Shown: positions 28,143 to 40,564, numbered from the stretch's first letter. The stretch: 64,000 nucleotides of DNA from Caldilineaceae bacterium (GCA_022824025.1 JAJEBF010000033.1:1-64000); one strand, 5' to 3'. Notes: a model not told the origin generated them from the letters alone. A program made the numbers and translations.

Positions 28143-29453
28143 GTGGACGATTCCCAGCTTCGGGTGGGTTTTGGTGAGACGGATATTACGCCGCCGGTCG
28201 GTCTTTACATGTGCGGCGGCCTGGATCCGCGCGAGAATGATGGGATGAGCGACCCGCTGCAGTCCCATGCGATGGTGGTCGAGTGCGGGGGCGCAAGGAT
28301 CGCAGTCGTGGGCGTCGACCTGATTGGGCTGCCCAAGGCGCTGTCGGATGAGATCATCGCGGAATCGGCCGGCCGCAGCGGCATCGGCCGCGATGCGATT
28401 CTGATAGCGAGCAGCCACACGCACAGCGGTCCTTACACCGCGGAGGGCCTTTACTCATTTCAAGTGACCGACGCCGAATATCTATCATCGCTGCCGGACC
28501 GCATTGCAGCAAGCGTTGAGCAGGCGGCCGGTCGGGTGGAACCGGCTACGATGCATATCGGCAGGTCGCTGGTGCATCACGGTCTGCACAACCGTCGCGT
28601 GATTTGCCCGGACGGCAAGGCGCTCAACACGTGGATGCCGGAAGCGTTGAATGACCTGGAGCTTGTTCCCCAGGTGTTGGGTACTGCCGGCCCGGTCGAT
28701 CCCGAACTATGGGTGATCCGCTTTGACAGGCTGGATGGATCGACGCTGGGCATCTTCTACAATTTCTCGCTGCATACCAACTCCAAGGGCGGCACGACCT
28801 GGTCGGCGGACTATCCCTGCGTGGTGGCTGAGCAGATGCGGGAAACCTATGGGCCGCAAGTGATCTGTGTCTATACGCCGGGGGCGTGCGCGGACATAAA
28901 TGTGACGATGGGGGGCGCCCGCTGGCGAGAGAGCGCGGCATATTTTGCGGAGCAGGCAGTGGACGCCGCGCGACGGGCCATTCCGGTGGAAGGGCCGATC
29001 AGAGTGGGCGCAGTGCGGCGCGAGATCGGGGTGCCGCGGCGGAACCCGGCTGACCAGCCGCCTGAGGCAATTGGCCGGCTAAACTGGGGCGGAGCAGGGG
29101 GGCGGGCCGATGTCTTTGACAGGCAGGCCGATTGGGTGGCGGCGATGCCGGAGCAGTTGACCGTAGTGGTGGGCGCGGCCCGCATCGGCCCGTTTGCAAT
29201 CGCGTCCAATCCGGGGGAGTTGTTCGTGGAACATGGGCTCACGATCAAACGGCGCTCCCCATTTCCGCATACGGTCGTTTCCGAGTTGACGAATGATCTG
29301 ATCATGTATCAGCCGACCAGGGAGGCTTTCGCCCAGCAGGGCTATGAGACATTGGTCGGGCCGAATCGCGTCTCGATGGAGGGCGTTGAGCGCATTGTGG
29401 AGACCGCGGTAGAACTGACTGAAGAGTTGTGGGACAAACATCATGCTGAGTAA
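28143..29453 (+). CDS. Neutral/alkaline ceramidase-like hydrolase
   Basis: GTG start preceded by GAGGAGG. N-terminal VGFGETDITPPVGLYMCG and the later HTHSGP fit the neutral ceramidase N-terminal domain pattern. Family call is tentative. Confidence 0.55.
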   Translation: MDDSQLRVGFGETDITPPVGLYMCGGLDPRENDGMSDPLQSHAMVVECGGARIAVVGVDLIGLPKALSDEIIAESAGRSGIGRDAILIASSHTHSGPYTAEGLYSFQVTDAEYLSSLPDRIAASVEQAAGRVEPATMHIGRSLVHHGLHNRRVICPDGKALNTWMPEALNDLELVPQVLGTAGPVDPELWVIRFDRLDGSTLGIFYNFSLHTNSKGGTTWSADYPCVVAEQMRETYGPQVICVYTPGACADINVTMGGARWRESAAYFAEQAVDAARRAIPVEGPIRVGAVRREIGVPRRNPADQPPEAIGRLNWGGAGGRADVFDRQADWVAAMPEQLTVVVGAARIGPFAIASNPGELFVEHGLTIKRRSPFPHTVVSELTNDLIMYQPTREAFAQQGYETLVGPNRVSMEGVERIVETAVELTEELWDKHHAE

Positions 29454-29512
29454 CGGGAGATCAGGCCGCTGGAGACGGCGGCAGGCAACGTGATGAAGGA
29501 GCAGCGTACGGT

Positions 29513-30595
29513 ATGAGTAAGCTAAGGACGGGATTTGTCGGGTTGCACCGAGGCGGCGGTTTGATGCGGAGCCTGGCCGGGCATCCGCGGGTGGAGGTTG
29601 CCGCGCTTTGCGATATAGACGAGGAGACACTGGCCGACACGGGCGCGGCGTTCTCGCTGCCGGACGAGAGGATGTTCACGCAATTCGAGGATTTCGTGAA
29701 CGCGCCGCTGGATATTGTGGTGGTGGCGACGCCGATCGAGTATCACGCGGCGCATTCGATAGCGGCGATGGAGAGCGGCAAGCACGTCTTGTGCGAACAG
29801 ACGGCGGCGTACACGGTGGAGGATTGCGCGCGGCTGGTGGAGACGGTGCGGAAGACGGGCCGCGTTTACATGATGGGTGAGAACTACTGCTACTTTCACT
29901 ATATTCGGGAGTGGCGGGACTGGATCAAGCAGGGGAAGCTGGGCAAGATTTTCCATGCGGAAGGCGAGTACATTCACGAGATCGTACCGCTGCTCCGAAA
30001 CCCTGAGACGGGCGAGCGCCGATGGCGCTATACGCGCGCGCCGATCTGGTATTGCGCGCACTGTCTGGGTCCGATTCTTACCTTGATGGAGGACCGCATC
30101 GTCAAGGCGACCGGTGTGCATTCGGGGAAGAACATCTACCCCGATGAAGGTCTGGGATACCTGGATATGGAAGTGGGGCTGTTCCAGACGGAGAAGGGGT
30201 CAACGGTCAAGATCCTGCGCAGCCAGGTGGCGCCGCGGCATCCGGACATGATCTTTTACACGCTATATGGCGAGAAGGGCTTTGTAGAGAACGGCCGTCA
30301 GGGCGGATGGGGCGGCACGACGGGTCTGTTCTACAGTGAGGAAGAGGCGTCGGCAGATGAGGGCGCGCGGCAGATTGCGTGCCCGACGGTGGACCCGAAT
30401 GCGCCGGAGGAGGCGCGTCAGGGCGGGCACGGCACGTCGGAGTACTACATGGTGCGGGACTTTATTGACGCGATAGAAAATAACACGAAGCCGCCCGTCG
30501 ATGTGGTGCGGGCGCTGGACTTCACGATTCCCGGCATCATCGCGCACGAGTCGGCGATGCAGGGCGGCAAGTGGCTGGATGTGCCTCTGTTCTGA
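29513..30595 (+). CDS. Gfo/Idh/MocA-family NAD(P)-dependent oxidoreductase
   Basis: N-terminal Rossmann LRTGFVGLHRGGG...VEVAALCDID and EYHA. Confidence 0.8.
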   Translation: MSKLRTGFVGLHRGGGLMRSLAGHPRVEVAALCDIDEETLADTGAAFSLPDERMFTQFEDFVNAPLDIVVVATPIEYHAAHSIAAMESGKHVLCEQTAAYTVEDCARLVETVRKTGRVYMMGENYCYFHYIREWRDWIKQGKLGKIFHAEGEYIHEIVPLLRNPETGERRWRYTRAPIWYCAHCLGPILTLMEDRIVKATGVHSGKNIYPDEGLGYLDMEVGLFQTEKGSTVKILRSQVAPRHPDMIFYTLYGEKGFVENGRQGGWGGTTGLFYSEEEASADEGARQIACPTVDPNAPEEARQGGHGTSEYYMVRDFIDAIENNTKPPVDVVRALDFTIPGIIAHESAMQGGKWLDVPLF

Positions 30596-30643
30596 TCTCG
30601 CTTACCTCGGCGTAGCTCTGCCCTGACAACTCTCTCGAGGCGT

Positions 30644-31536
30644 CTAATCGAACTCGTCGGCGGCTTTTTCGGCGAAGGGCTGGTTGTTCTGCTTGTCTGC
30701 TTGGGGCTGGGCGCCGGACCGACGCCGGCGTTTGCGTCCTTTGCGGCGGGGTTTGGGTCTTTCGGGTGAAATTTCGTCCTGGGAGATGACGGGGTAGGAG
30801 GCGAAGACGGCCTGGTCCGCCTCGCTGTCGGCGAAGTAGATGCGTTCGCGGCGGAGCGTGCGGGCGTAGTCATCGAAGCCGAGAGCGGCGACAAGCTCGT
30901 CAGGACGGCCGGTTGCGCCAGGACGCACTTGGACGCGCAGCGCAATGCGGTGTTCGGCCGCGTCGGCGTCGAAACGGTCGTAACGAAGCTCCAGCACCAG
31001 TGGGCGCAGGTTGTAGCGGTAGCGCTGGCCGTGCCGTTCCCTTTCGCGCCAGGCCGCGTCTCCCTCCAGAAATGCCTCGATTTTTGCCTGCAGCGCCTGC
31101 TCAGACACCTCTTCAGGTTCGGCATAGATCAGAATTGTATAGTCGGCGCCGATTGTCAGGGATTGGGGCGACACCGATTTGAAAGGCACTTCGGATGCGT
31201 GGAGCAGGCGTACGCCGGGGGGCAGCTTTTCGCGAATCCTCATTGCGAGTTCATCGAGCGGGACTGGCGGGCTGAACGCCGCGTCCAACAGTTCGCGGAC
31301 GCCGGTCATGCCGAGGCCGAGCGGCGCGGCGAACTGGATGTGGGGTTGCGGGTTGAAGCCGCGCTTGTAGAGCAGCGGCAGGTTGGCGCGTCGCAGGGTC
31401 CTCTCCCAGAGGCGGGACTCATCCTGGTGGCTGATGAACTTGATGGCCTCGCCCTTTTCGTAGGTGAAGCGGACGCGCTGGCGAACAGGCGCCTCGGTGG
31501 CATCTTGCGGCTGGGGAGGCTGGGTGGTCGTGCGCG

Positions 31537-31540
<4 letters not shown>
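30644..31540 (-). CDS. DUF2344 (TIGR03936-like) radical-SAM-associated protein with a Lys/Arg-rich C-terminal tail
   Basis: VRFTYEKGEAIKFISHQDESRLWERTLRRANLPLLYKRGFNPQP. The start overlaps the stop of the upstream radical SAM gene. Confidence 0.7.
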
Positions 31541-33660
<2,120 letters not shown>

Positions 33661-33932
33661 ATTCAGTTCCTTCTCATCTGCCGACCGGCGGCGCGGTCCC
33701 GGTTGGGCGGTCACGCTTGCGGCCGGGCGGGATTTGAACCCGCTCATTGCCAAGCGGCGCCGGGTGGCGCAAGGGCTTGGCGAATCGAATTCCGAACTGT
33801 CCGGGTGGACGCGCGGAGTTGCCGTCATTATAGAAGGTGCGGGCGGGAGGATCAAATCTGTTGGCGAAGTGGTTTTGACTTCGTAACGCTTTTCTCCTAT
33901 ACTGTCTGCTGTCACGGCTTGGCAGAAGTTCT

Positions 33933-34005
33933 GCCCCGTTCGTCTAGAGGCCCAGGACACCACCCTCTCAAGGTGGAGACAGGGGTTCGACTCCCCTACG
34001 GGGTA
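33933..34005 (+). tRNA. tRNA-Glu (anticodon CTC)
   Basis: Acceptor GCCCCGT pairs with ACGGGGT (G1-U72). Anticodon stem is CCACC/GGTGG with loop CTCTCAA. T-arm contains GGTTCGACTCC. Confidence 0.8.
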
Positions 34006-34014
34006 CAGGAAGAG

Positions 34015-34046
34015 AAAATCCCGCTGCGTTCAGCGGGATTTTCTGT
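34015..34046 (+). terminator. Rho-independent terminator after tRNA-Glu
   Basis: AAAATCCCGCTG - cgtt - CAGCGGGATTTT is a 12-bp perfect stem. Confidence 0.65.
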
Positions 34047-34931
34047 CTTGCTGATCGGAATCCCTTACGTTGGTTTTTTACAACCTTCTTTCCTCATAAC
34101 GTGGAGGAGAAAGAAATGGCGATAGTCATCCCGGCGTCCGCCTTTAGTGATGACAGAATAACGTCCGGTTAAGAGAGGGCGCTTCGGACCCTGCGAGACG
34201 GACTAGATGATTCTGTTTTACTTTGGTTTCAGCCAACAGCTGCGGCAGCCACATGAGCCGATATCATTGCATACATACCCGAACTTGGAATCATATTATA
34301 TGAGATAAAGGATTGGACTCTTGACAACATCCGAGACGCCAATGACCTGCCCTCGACGTTTGTAGATCCATCGCGAGTGACATTATGAGCTTGGCCCCAA
34401 AAACTGGACCACGAGCTATGGTGTATGGTGGAGCAATTCACCTAGCCTGTGGAGGGGCAGAACGATGGTCAAGAAACGGCGGCGACACACAAAGGTATCA
34501 TGCGACGTAATCCCGCTCGGTAACGGCAGAAACCTGGCCAACCATTCCTTCTTTGCCCGACCCAATTCCGCAACCGCTTCCCAGTCATCCGCACTTCACA
34601 GGATTGTACATATCGTTATCACCAGCATGTCCAGCATCTGATGGTGCCGATTGACCGTTGCGCGCGGATCCTCTAATTCCCTAATGTGATTGTCGAACGC
34701 CTCCCAAGATTCATTCACCACGTCTTCCCTTCTGCTAAGGTTTTTACGTGAGAACAAATCCCTTTCTCATTTTGTCAACCCTCCTTAAGGTTCGCGATTG
34801 CCCTGGGGCTTGCCCCACCGTAACATCTCTGACATCGCTACTGCTTTCCAGTGACACTTATGCACACCCCTCATTTAAGTATGCTATAATATAGGCGGAT
34901 GGCAGTCTGCCAGTCCACAACGAACAGGGAG

Positions 34932-35237
34932 ATGGCAAGCATGAAAGGCGAAATCAACAGGTGCCGTATGTGCCACTATGAGGGTGGCCCAGACGAAGTG
35001 AAGGTCAATCCGCAAGTTTACGATAAGCGGGGGAGGAAAGTTGCCCACATAAAGGCGATTTGCGTTGATAGGGATGATTGCCGGGATAGGCAGTCCCGGC
35101 GGGTTCACAAGCGCTCGCCGGAGGAACTTTCAGCACTATTGAGCTTGCGGCAAGAGTATCTGAGCGCACGGACTGCGGCACCGCGGTTGCGATACTGGGC
35201 GGCTCATGGGTTCTTTCCCCCTCCGCGGCGGCGCTGA
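34932..35237 (+). CDS. Hypothetical small Cys-rich (zinc-ribbon-like) protein
   Basis: MASMKGEINRCRMCHYEGGPDEVKVNPQVYDKRGRKVAHIKAICVDRDDCRDRQ. Possible TATAAT-like -10 (tatgctataatat) upstream. Confidence 0.25.
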   Translation: MASMKGEINRCRMCHYEGGPDEVKVNPQVYDKRGRKVAHIKAICVDRDDCRDRQSRRVHKRSPEELSALLSLRQEYLSARTAAPRLRYWAAHGFFPPPRRR

Positions 35238-35560
35238 CACCGAATCGGACTGAACGCGGTTGCAGAAGGTCTCTAACGGGCAAAATCAAGGGCCTGAGAG
35301 CGACTCTAAGCGAAAATGCGCTGTGAAACGCCAGAGAGTCGGCCCCACATTCCCGGAAAAGAGGTTGAAATTTACCTGTTATCACGGAGAGCGGCGGGAG
35401 ATTGGTCGAATTGGACCCACTGAGAGGTCCTTTACCGTTCTCGAGGTGCTGTGGCATGGCCTGACCGGGCCGAAAATGGTTGTCTCATTCCAAATAGAAT
35501 GACTTATGCTAATCTAGGAAATATCACTTTATTTTGATGCGGGAGAGCAGCAGGGTTTGA

Positions 35561-35740
35561 GGTAATGTCGAAGCGACGGCCAGGGCGCTCTCCTATACGT
35601 TTCTGGAGGTGCGTGTGCTGACGGAGCGGTACAGGCGGACTTACAGCCGGGTCAGACCGCACAGCTCTCTGGGCTACCGGCCGCCAGTGCCTGAGCCTGA
35701 CGGTCTCGACAATATTTTCTGCCAAGGGGCTGGAGATTGA
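35561..35740 (+). pseudogene. Transposase/integrase-core C-terminal remnant (IS3/IS481-like rve end)
   Basis: ...FLEVRVLTERYRRTYSRVRPHSSLGYRPPVPE matches the YNxERPHSSLGYxTP motif. No N-terminal part is present. Confidence 0.5.
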
Positions 35741-35744
35741 AGTA

Positions 35745-35954
35745 GTGTATCTTGTAGGATTAGAACTCTATCCGTGGTCGATACGAAATAAAAGGGAAAA
35801 CGCTTCGATACATTATGTAGCAATGACACGGGCAAAGTCAGAGCTCTACATGTTTTCTACTGAGCACACTTCATATGTGAGAGACATTAAGTCAACCTTG
35901 GAGGAAAATGGGCCCACGATGTGGAATTGGGCATTCAAAATGCTAGACGCTTAG
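35745..35954 (+). pseudogene. UvrD/PcrA-like superfamily I helicase C-terminal remnant
   Basis: NASIHYVAMTRAKSELYMFS matches helicase motif VI (LLYVGITRAKxxLYL). Confidence 0.4.
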
Positions 35955-36156
35955 ACGGGAGTAAAAGCATAGTCCATGTTTAGTTTGGGAAAGTCCATTT
36001 TTCCTTGAACAATAAAGGGATCCCTGGGGATCCCTTTTTGCCTCATAGTAGATTGAACCCTTCAGTTAAGCGGATCTCAGACTTGCAACTCTTGAATTGC
36101 CACCGTCCCTCTAATGCCGGAAGACTGTCATTATTATAGTGGACTAGGTAGCAGAC

Positions 36157-36612
36157 TTAGTCGACGGCGATGATGGCTTCGATTTCGACGGCCCAGTTGG
36201 CGGGCACGGTGAGGCCGATGGCGCTGCGGGCGTGGCGGCCGGCGTCGCCGAAGAGCTCGATGAAGAGTTCGCTGCAGCCGTGGATCACGGATGGTGTGTC
36301 GTTAAAGTCGGGCCCTACGTTGACCATGCCGAAGACCTTGACGACCTGGCGGACGTTGTCGAGGCCGGCGATGGTGTGGACGGCCTGGAGGATGTTGAGC
36401 GCGCAGAGCTGTGCGGCGCGGTAGCCCTCTTCGGTGGTCAGGTCCTGCCCGACCTTGCCGATTATCTCTTCATCGCCCCACCGGGAGACCTGGCCGGAGA
36501 CGTAGACATGGTCGCCGGAGCGGACTGCGGCCATAAGGCGGCCGCCGTCGAGGTCGATCTTCTCCAGTTCGTAGCCCATTTCCTTAAGTTTTGCCAAATA
36601 AGACACGTTTTG
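36157..36612 (-). CDS. RidA/YjgF-family protein (second paralogue)
   Basis: GTG start preceded by AGGAG. DGGRLMAAVRSGDHVYVSGQV ... VKVFGMVNVGPDFND. Confidence 0.75.
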   Translation of the reverse strand, partial: QNVSYLAKLKEMGYELEKIDLDGGRLMAAVRSGDHVYVSGQVSRWGDEEIIGKVGQDLTTEEGYRAAQLCALNILQAVHTIAGLDNVRQVVKVFGMVNVGPDFNDTPSVIHGCSELFIELFGDAGRHARSAIGLTVPANWAVEIEAIIAVD

Positions 36613-36692
36613 CTCCTGTTGTTTGTTTCGCGGACGGCGGACTGCCGCGCGGTCATAAGGTTGTAAGGTGGAAAGTAAGTCGTTCGACTGTT

Positions 36693-37967
36693 TCAGGTGG
36701 CGAGCGTCAGCACGGGGCCCCCTTTGGCGCGCGTGTACAGGTCTTCGAATTCGCCGCTGCCGTCGTCGTCCAGGTAGGCTGTTTCGACGCCGCGCTCGTA
36801 GACGGGCTGATTGGCGGTGCGCCAGTAGTCCCACATGTCGGAGCGCTGGCTCCAGCTGGAGTCTGCGAAGTAGACGCGGACGCCATTAGGGCGGCTGTAG
36901 CGAACCAGGCGGCGGGGCAAGCTGAAATCGGCCTTGTCGACGCGATAGGTATCGAGCGCGTTTTCGTCGAGGGTAATGCCGAGGCCGGGTGATTCGGGCG
37001 TTTGGGCGTAGCCGCCGACGATGGGTATGCGCTGGTCGAGCAGGTTGTGCTGATAGAGCTCGTGGCAGTTGATGCCGGGCCACTGGGCATGGCTCAGGAC
37101 GGCGCCGAGGTGGAGAGACATTGCTGTGGTGATGCCGGTGCCGACCATCTGGAGGAAGAAGGGCATGTTGGCGGCGGCGGCGGAAACGCCGGCGTGCAGA
37201 ACTTTGGTGACGCCGCCGGCGACGACGAAGCCATCGCAGTATCCCTCCTGGATTGCGACGGAGCCGTCCACGCTGCCGTAGTGGTGGGCGATGGGCGTGC
37301 GGACTTTTTCGCGCAGGAGTCGGTTGCCGGCAACGTCGCGGGCGTTGATGGGCCCTTCCCAGATCGAGATTTTGGGGAATTCGGCTTCAAGCGCGCGGAG
37401 CACGGGCACGGCCGTGGAAACGTCGAGCAGGAAGTCGTTCCAGTCGCAGTCGATGTGGAACCAGTCGGGCGTGGCGTCGCTGATGCGTTTGACGGTTTCG
37501 TAGACGTCGTGCCAGGGGCGGGTCTTGATTTTGATGGAGGTGAAGCCGAGCTCAACGGCGACTCTGGCCTCGTGCTCGTAGTGTAGGGGGCCCATGTCGT
37601 GGTCCCAAAAGGAGAGCGGGCACCAGTCGCGCACTTTGTGGCCGAGGAGGCGGTGCACGGGTACACCGGCGAGTTTGCCAGCGGCGTCGAAGAGGGCCAT
37701 TTGGAGGCCGGCGCCGAGTGAATCATCCCACATGCAATCGAAAGGTGAGAGGCCGATGACGCGGTCGGTGTCTTCGACGCGTCCCCAGGTGTAGTTCTGG
37801 ATGGTTTCACCGTAGCCGATGGTGCCGTCGTCAAGTGTGACGCGGATGACTTCGGACTCGGACCAGCGGTGGATGTTGGCGCGTTCCATTTCGCGGCGCA
37901 CGCGGTCAACCATGGGGATGACGAGTAGGATGCGTTCGACGTCGGTGATATTGGCGGTGGCGGTCAT
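36693..37967 (-). CDS. Enolase-superfamily enzyme (mandelate racemase/muconate lactonizing enzyme family) with a C-terminal extension
   Basis: TIGYGET, KIKTRPWHDVYET, HIDCDWND and ISIWEGP are MR/MLE-type metal and catalytic motifs. Confidence 0.8.
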   Translation of the reverse strand: MTATANITDVERILLVIPMVDRVRREMERANIHRWSESEVIRVTLDDGTIGYGETIQNYTWGRVEDTDRVIGLSPFDCMWDDSLGAGLQMALFDAAGKLAGVPVHRLLGHKVRDWCPLSFWDHDMGPLHYEHEARVAVELGFTSIKIKTRPWHDVYETVKRISDATPDWFHIDCDWNDFLLDVSTAVPVLRALEAEFPKISIWEGPINARDVAGNRLLREKVRTPIAHHYGSVDGSVAIQEGYCDGFVVAGGVTKVLHAGVSAAAANMPFFLQMVGTGITTAMSLHLGAVLSHAQWPGINCHELYQHNLLDQRIPIVGGYAQTPESPGLGITLDENALDTYRVDKADFSLPRRLVRYSRPNGVRVYFADSSWSQRSDMWDYWRTANQPVYERGVETAYLDDDGSGEFEDLYTRAKGGPVLTLAT

Positions 37968-38200
37968 TGGGCGCTCCTATTGGGGTGGATCGGCAACGTG
38001 GGTCGGGATGGGTTGGAATGAAGGGAATCTTATCACGATTCCTGCCAATTGCATTGCGGGGATGCCGTCAAACTTAGCTGAAAGGTTGAACAAAAATGTT
38101 GAACAACAGAGCCATTTCGGTCCTTTGGCTCGGGTTATTCCACCCTTAGACTATGCGAAGAGAGATCGGGTCGCGTACGGGGGCACCTGGAATGTACCCT

Positions 38201-38398
38201 TTACTCGATGGGTCTGTCTCTTACGGCGGCAATTGCTTCTTCAATCGCTTCTTGGACGTCTTCTTCTGGCACGTCAGGCATTTGAGCATGCATTTCGTCC
38301 AGGAACTTGCTTAGACGATCTCTAGTCTGATCCTGGACACGGCCCGTTGGGTCATCGGATCGTCCCCTCTTCTTTGGGTCGCCAAGTTCCTGTGTCAT
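38201..38398 (-). CDS. Hypothetical small acidic protein (65 aa)
   Basis: MTQELGDPKKRGRSDDPTGRVQDQTRDRLSKFLDEMHAQMPDVPEEDVQEAIEEAIAAVRDRPIE. Isolated by ~360 nt of AT-rich non-coding DNA. Confidence 0.35.
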   Translation of the reverse strand: MTQELGDPKKRGRSDDPTGRVQDQTRDRLSKFLDEMHAQMPDVPEEDVQEAIEEAIAAVRDRPIE

Positions 38399-38761
38399 AA
38401 GAGGCGCCTAGTCACTGATGAACACGCTACCTAAAACAAGCCTTCTTCTTTGATAGGGATGCAATGCTGATGGTCGAGGCAGAATTGACGGCTTCAGCCG
38501 CCGTATCGATTTCCGGCTGCAGCTACGTAGGCGGATGTTTACTGCATTCTGCTACATTTCCAGACATCTTCAGGTAAGCATCTGCAAGTTGCAAAATTGG
38601 CAGAGAAGGCGTCAGAGTGTGCCGAAAAGAATAATGCTGGCGGGTTAACTAAAATGTAGACTTCCAAAACGCTGGGAAGAGGTGGAATATCTCCGGTACG
38701 CGCTGGAGTTGGACGCCGTATCGCAGTTAGAGGTCAACCCTCACTTAGGGCTGAATTGCAT

Positions 38762-39142
38762 TCAACCCACTTCAGGAAGATCCAACCGCTCATCCACCCA
38801 TTCACGCATTAGTGCAGAGACTGACTTGTCAGCCGCGATGGCCTCGGCATGGAGAACCCCCTTGACATATTCATCCAGATGGATCGTGAGCGAACTCCGA
38901 CTGGTTTCTTCATTTGGCAGAAAAGGTTCAAAGTATTCGGCGGGATAGAGGTAACCGTTTTCACTTCCCGCTTCTCCGAAACTTTCATCAATGATCCGAA
39001 TCATTCCATGCTCTTCGGCGACGGGATCGGAGATGGCTTTGTACACCTTCCCTATCGTCAGACCATATAGCGGATCGTCCTGTTCAGGCTGATGTGGTGG
39101 TTGCAGATAGGGCCGGTTTGAGATGCACTTAACGTAACTCAT
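38762..39142 (-). CDS. Hypothetical protein with a C-terminal ribbon-helix-helix-like segment
   Basis: C-terminal SSLTIHLDEYVKGVLHAEAIAADKSVSALMREWVDERL resembles a CopG/Arc RHH. The ATGA overlaps the upstream 83-aa ORF. Confidence 0.45.
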   Translation of the reverse strand: MSYVKCISNRPYLQPPHQPEQDDPLYGLTIGKVYKAISDPVAEEHGMIRIIDESFGEAGSENGYLYPAEYFEPFLPNEETSRSSLTIHLDEYVKGVLHAEAIAADKSVSALMREWVDERLDLPEVG

Positions 39143-39390
39143 AATATTCTCTCAAGGTGATATGCGACTTTGTGGTCTTTCTGTCCGATACCGTGCGCCT
39201 CGAACCAATGTATCTCTGCCAACCACACTGAGCCGTCGTCATACTGTACCGTTGCCCGGCCTTTTAACTTGCGCCAACGTCCTCGCCCGTATCGGCGATT
39301 CAGGTAGTGTCGAGCACGGACTCCATTCCCTCGCGCTATTGTGTCAATGTCATATATTTCGCTCAAAAACTCAAATCTGTGTTGGTCCAA
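39139..39390 (-). CDS. Hypothetical small basic protein (83 aa), candidate toxin-like partner
   Basis: SEIYDIDTIARGNGVRARHYLNRRYGRGRWRKLKGRATVQYDDGSVWLAEIHWFEAHGIGQKDHKV. No family recognised. Confidence 0.4.
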   Translation of the reverse strand: MDQHRFEFLSEIYDIDTIARGNGVRARHYLNRRYGRGRWRKLKGRATVQYDDGSVWLAEIHWFEAHGIGQKDHKVAYHLERIL

Positions 39391-39448
39391 TGTCTTTAGC
39401 CAACTCTAATGCCAAGGCAAAGATCAAAGCGCACACGTCTCCAATCGC

Positions 39449-40564
39449 TCAACCCTGTATCTCCTCCACGAGGCGGGCCAGGACGATTTCTTCCTCGCCG
39501 TCTTCGAGGGTCATTGGATTCAGCATAAGCGTTTCGTCGGCCATTCCGTAGCCGACCGAGACCGCGGGGCTTCCACTTTGCAGGCCCTGATTTATCTCTT
39601 GACGGCTTCGCCCGACAACGGCGGGGTCGATTCGGACCTGGGCGCGGGGCGCGGGCTGGTTGGCTTCGCTGGGAAATGACCGCGTCGCGGTGACACCGTC
39701 CAGCCGGTTCAGCTCAGTGCACCATCCCTCTACTATCTCTTCCATCTGCGAGGCGCGCGCTTCGTGGTCCAGCGCGAGGTAGCGTTCGACGGCTGCGAGC
39801 AGGCCCAGCATCTCTTCTTTGCCGACCTTCATGGGGCGGCCGATGCTGTGGTTGGGATTTCCGTTTAGAGCGCAGGCGTCAATGAGCCATTGTTTGCCAA
39901 GCACGAGGCCGGAGGACTGTGGGCCGCGCAGGTCTTTGCCTCCGCTGAAGATGGCGGCGTCGGCGCCCATCTGGGTGAACTTCCACAGGTTTTCGACGGG
40001 CGGGAGCTGGGCGGCGGCGTCCACGAGGACGGGCACGCCGTGTGCGTGGGCGACATCGATCACCTTTTCCAGGGGGATGTCGCCGGGGGTCCTCATCGCT
40101 CCTTCAAACCAGATGACCGCGGCGGTCTTCTCGTTAATCGCTCTCTCCAGATGCCAGACCTGGGCTTCGCCGGGCCAGCCGATCTCGACGAGCTGGACGC
40201 CGACTTGGCGGACGGCGTGATCGTAACCGTTGCGGTGGGCCTTCTGGACCACGACCTCACTTTTGAGACCGGTGAGATCGGGCAGCTGTTCAATCGCCCA
40301 TTTCTCGTTTCCGGTGATGCAGGCGGCGATGGCGACTACGATGCCGCCGGCCGCGCCGGAGCTGATGTAGCAGGCCTCGTTCTGGGTGAGGAGGGCGATA
40401 CGGTTGCCGACTTGGCGCTGAAGTTCCGGCAGTTCCACAAAGGACTTGGCCGCCTCCATCATGGCTTCCAGGACTTCGGGCGGCATGAGAGAGCCTCCGA
40501 GCCTGGTGAGGGTGGCGTTGGCGTTGATCATGGGTGTTATTCCCAGTTCGGCGTAGGAAGGCAT
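39449..40564 (-). CDS. SelA-like PLP-dependent enzyme (D-glucosaminate-6-phosphate ammonia-lyase DgaE-like family)
   Basis: PLP-lysine region FSGGKDLRGPQSSGLVLGK matches SelA FSGDKLLGGPQAGII. ~370 aa without the SelA N-terminal domain. Confidence 0.7.
   Translation of the reverse strand: MPSYAELGITPMINANATLTRLGGSLMPPEVLEAMMEAAKSFVELPELQRQVGNRIALLTQNEACYISSGAAGGIVVAIAACITGNEKWAIEQLPDLTGLKSEVVVQKAHRNGYDHAVRQVGVQLVEIGWPGEAQVWHLERAINEKTAAVIWFEGAMRTPGDIPLEKVIDVAHAHGVPVLVDAAAQLPPVENLWKFTQMGADAAIFSGGKDLRGPQSSGLVLGKQWLIDACALNGNPNHSIGRPMKVGKEEMLGLLAAVERYLALDHEARASQMEEIVEGWCTELNRLDGVTATRSFPSEANQPAPRAQVRIDPAVVGRSRQEINQGLQSGSPAVSVGYGMADETLMLNPMTLEDGEEEIVLARLVEEIQG

Larger units (their letters stand above)
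34060..36150. mobile_element. Degraded lower-GC segment next to tRNA-Glu (remnant of an integrated element)
   Basis: Only short ORFs. Contains a DDE-transposase C-terminal remnant and a UvrD-like helicase C-terminal remnant. Composition is AT-richer than the flanks by eye. No intact integrase. Confidence 0.4.
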
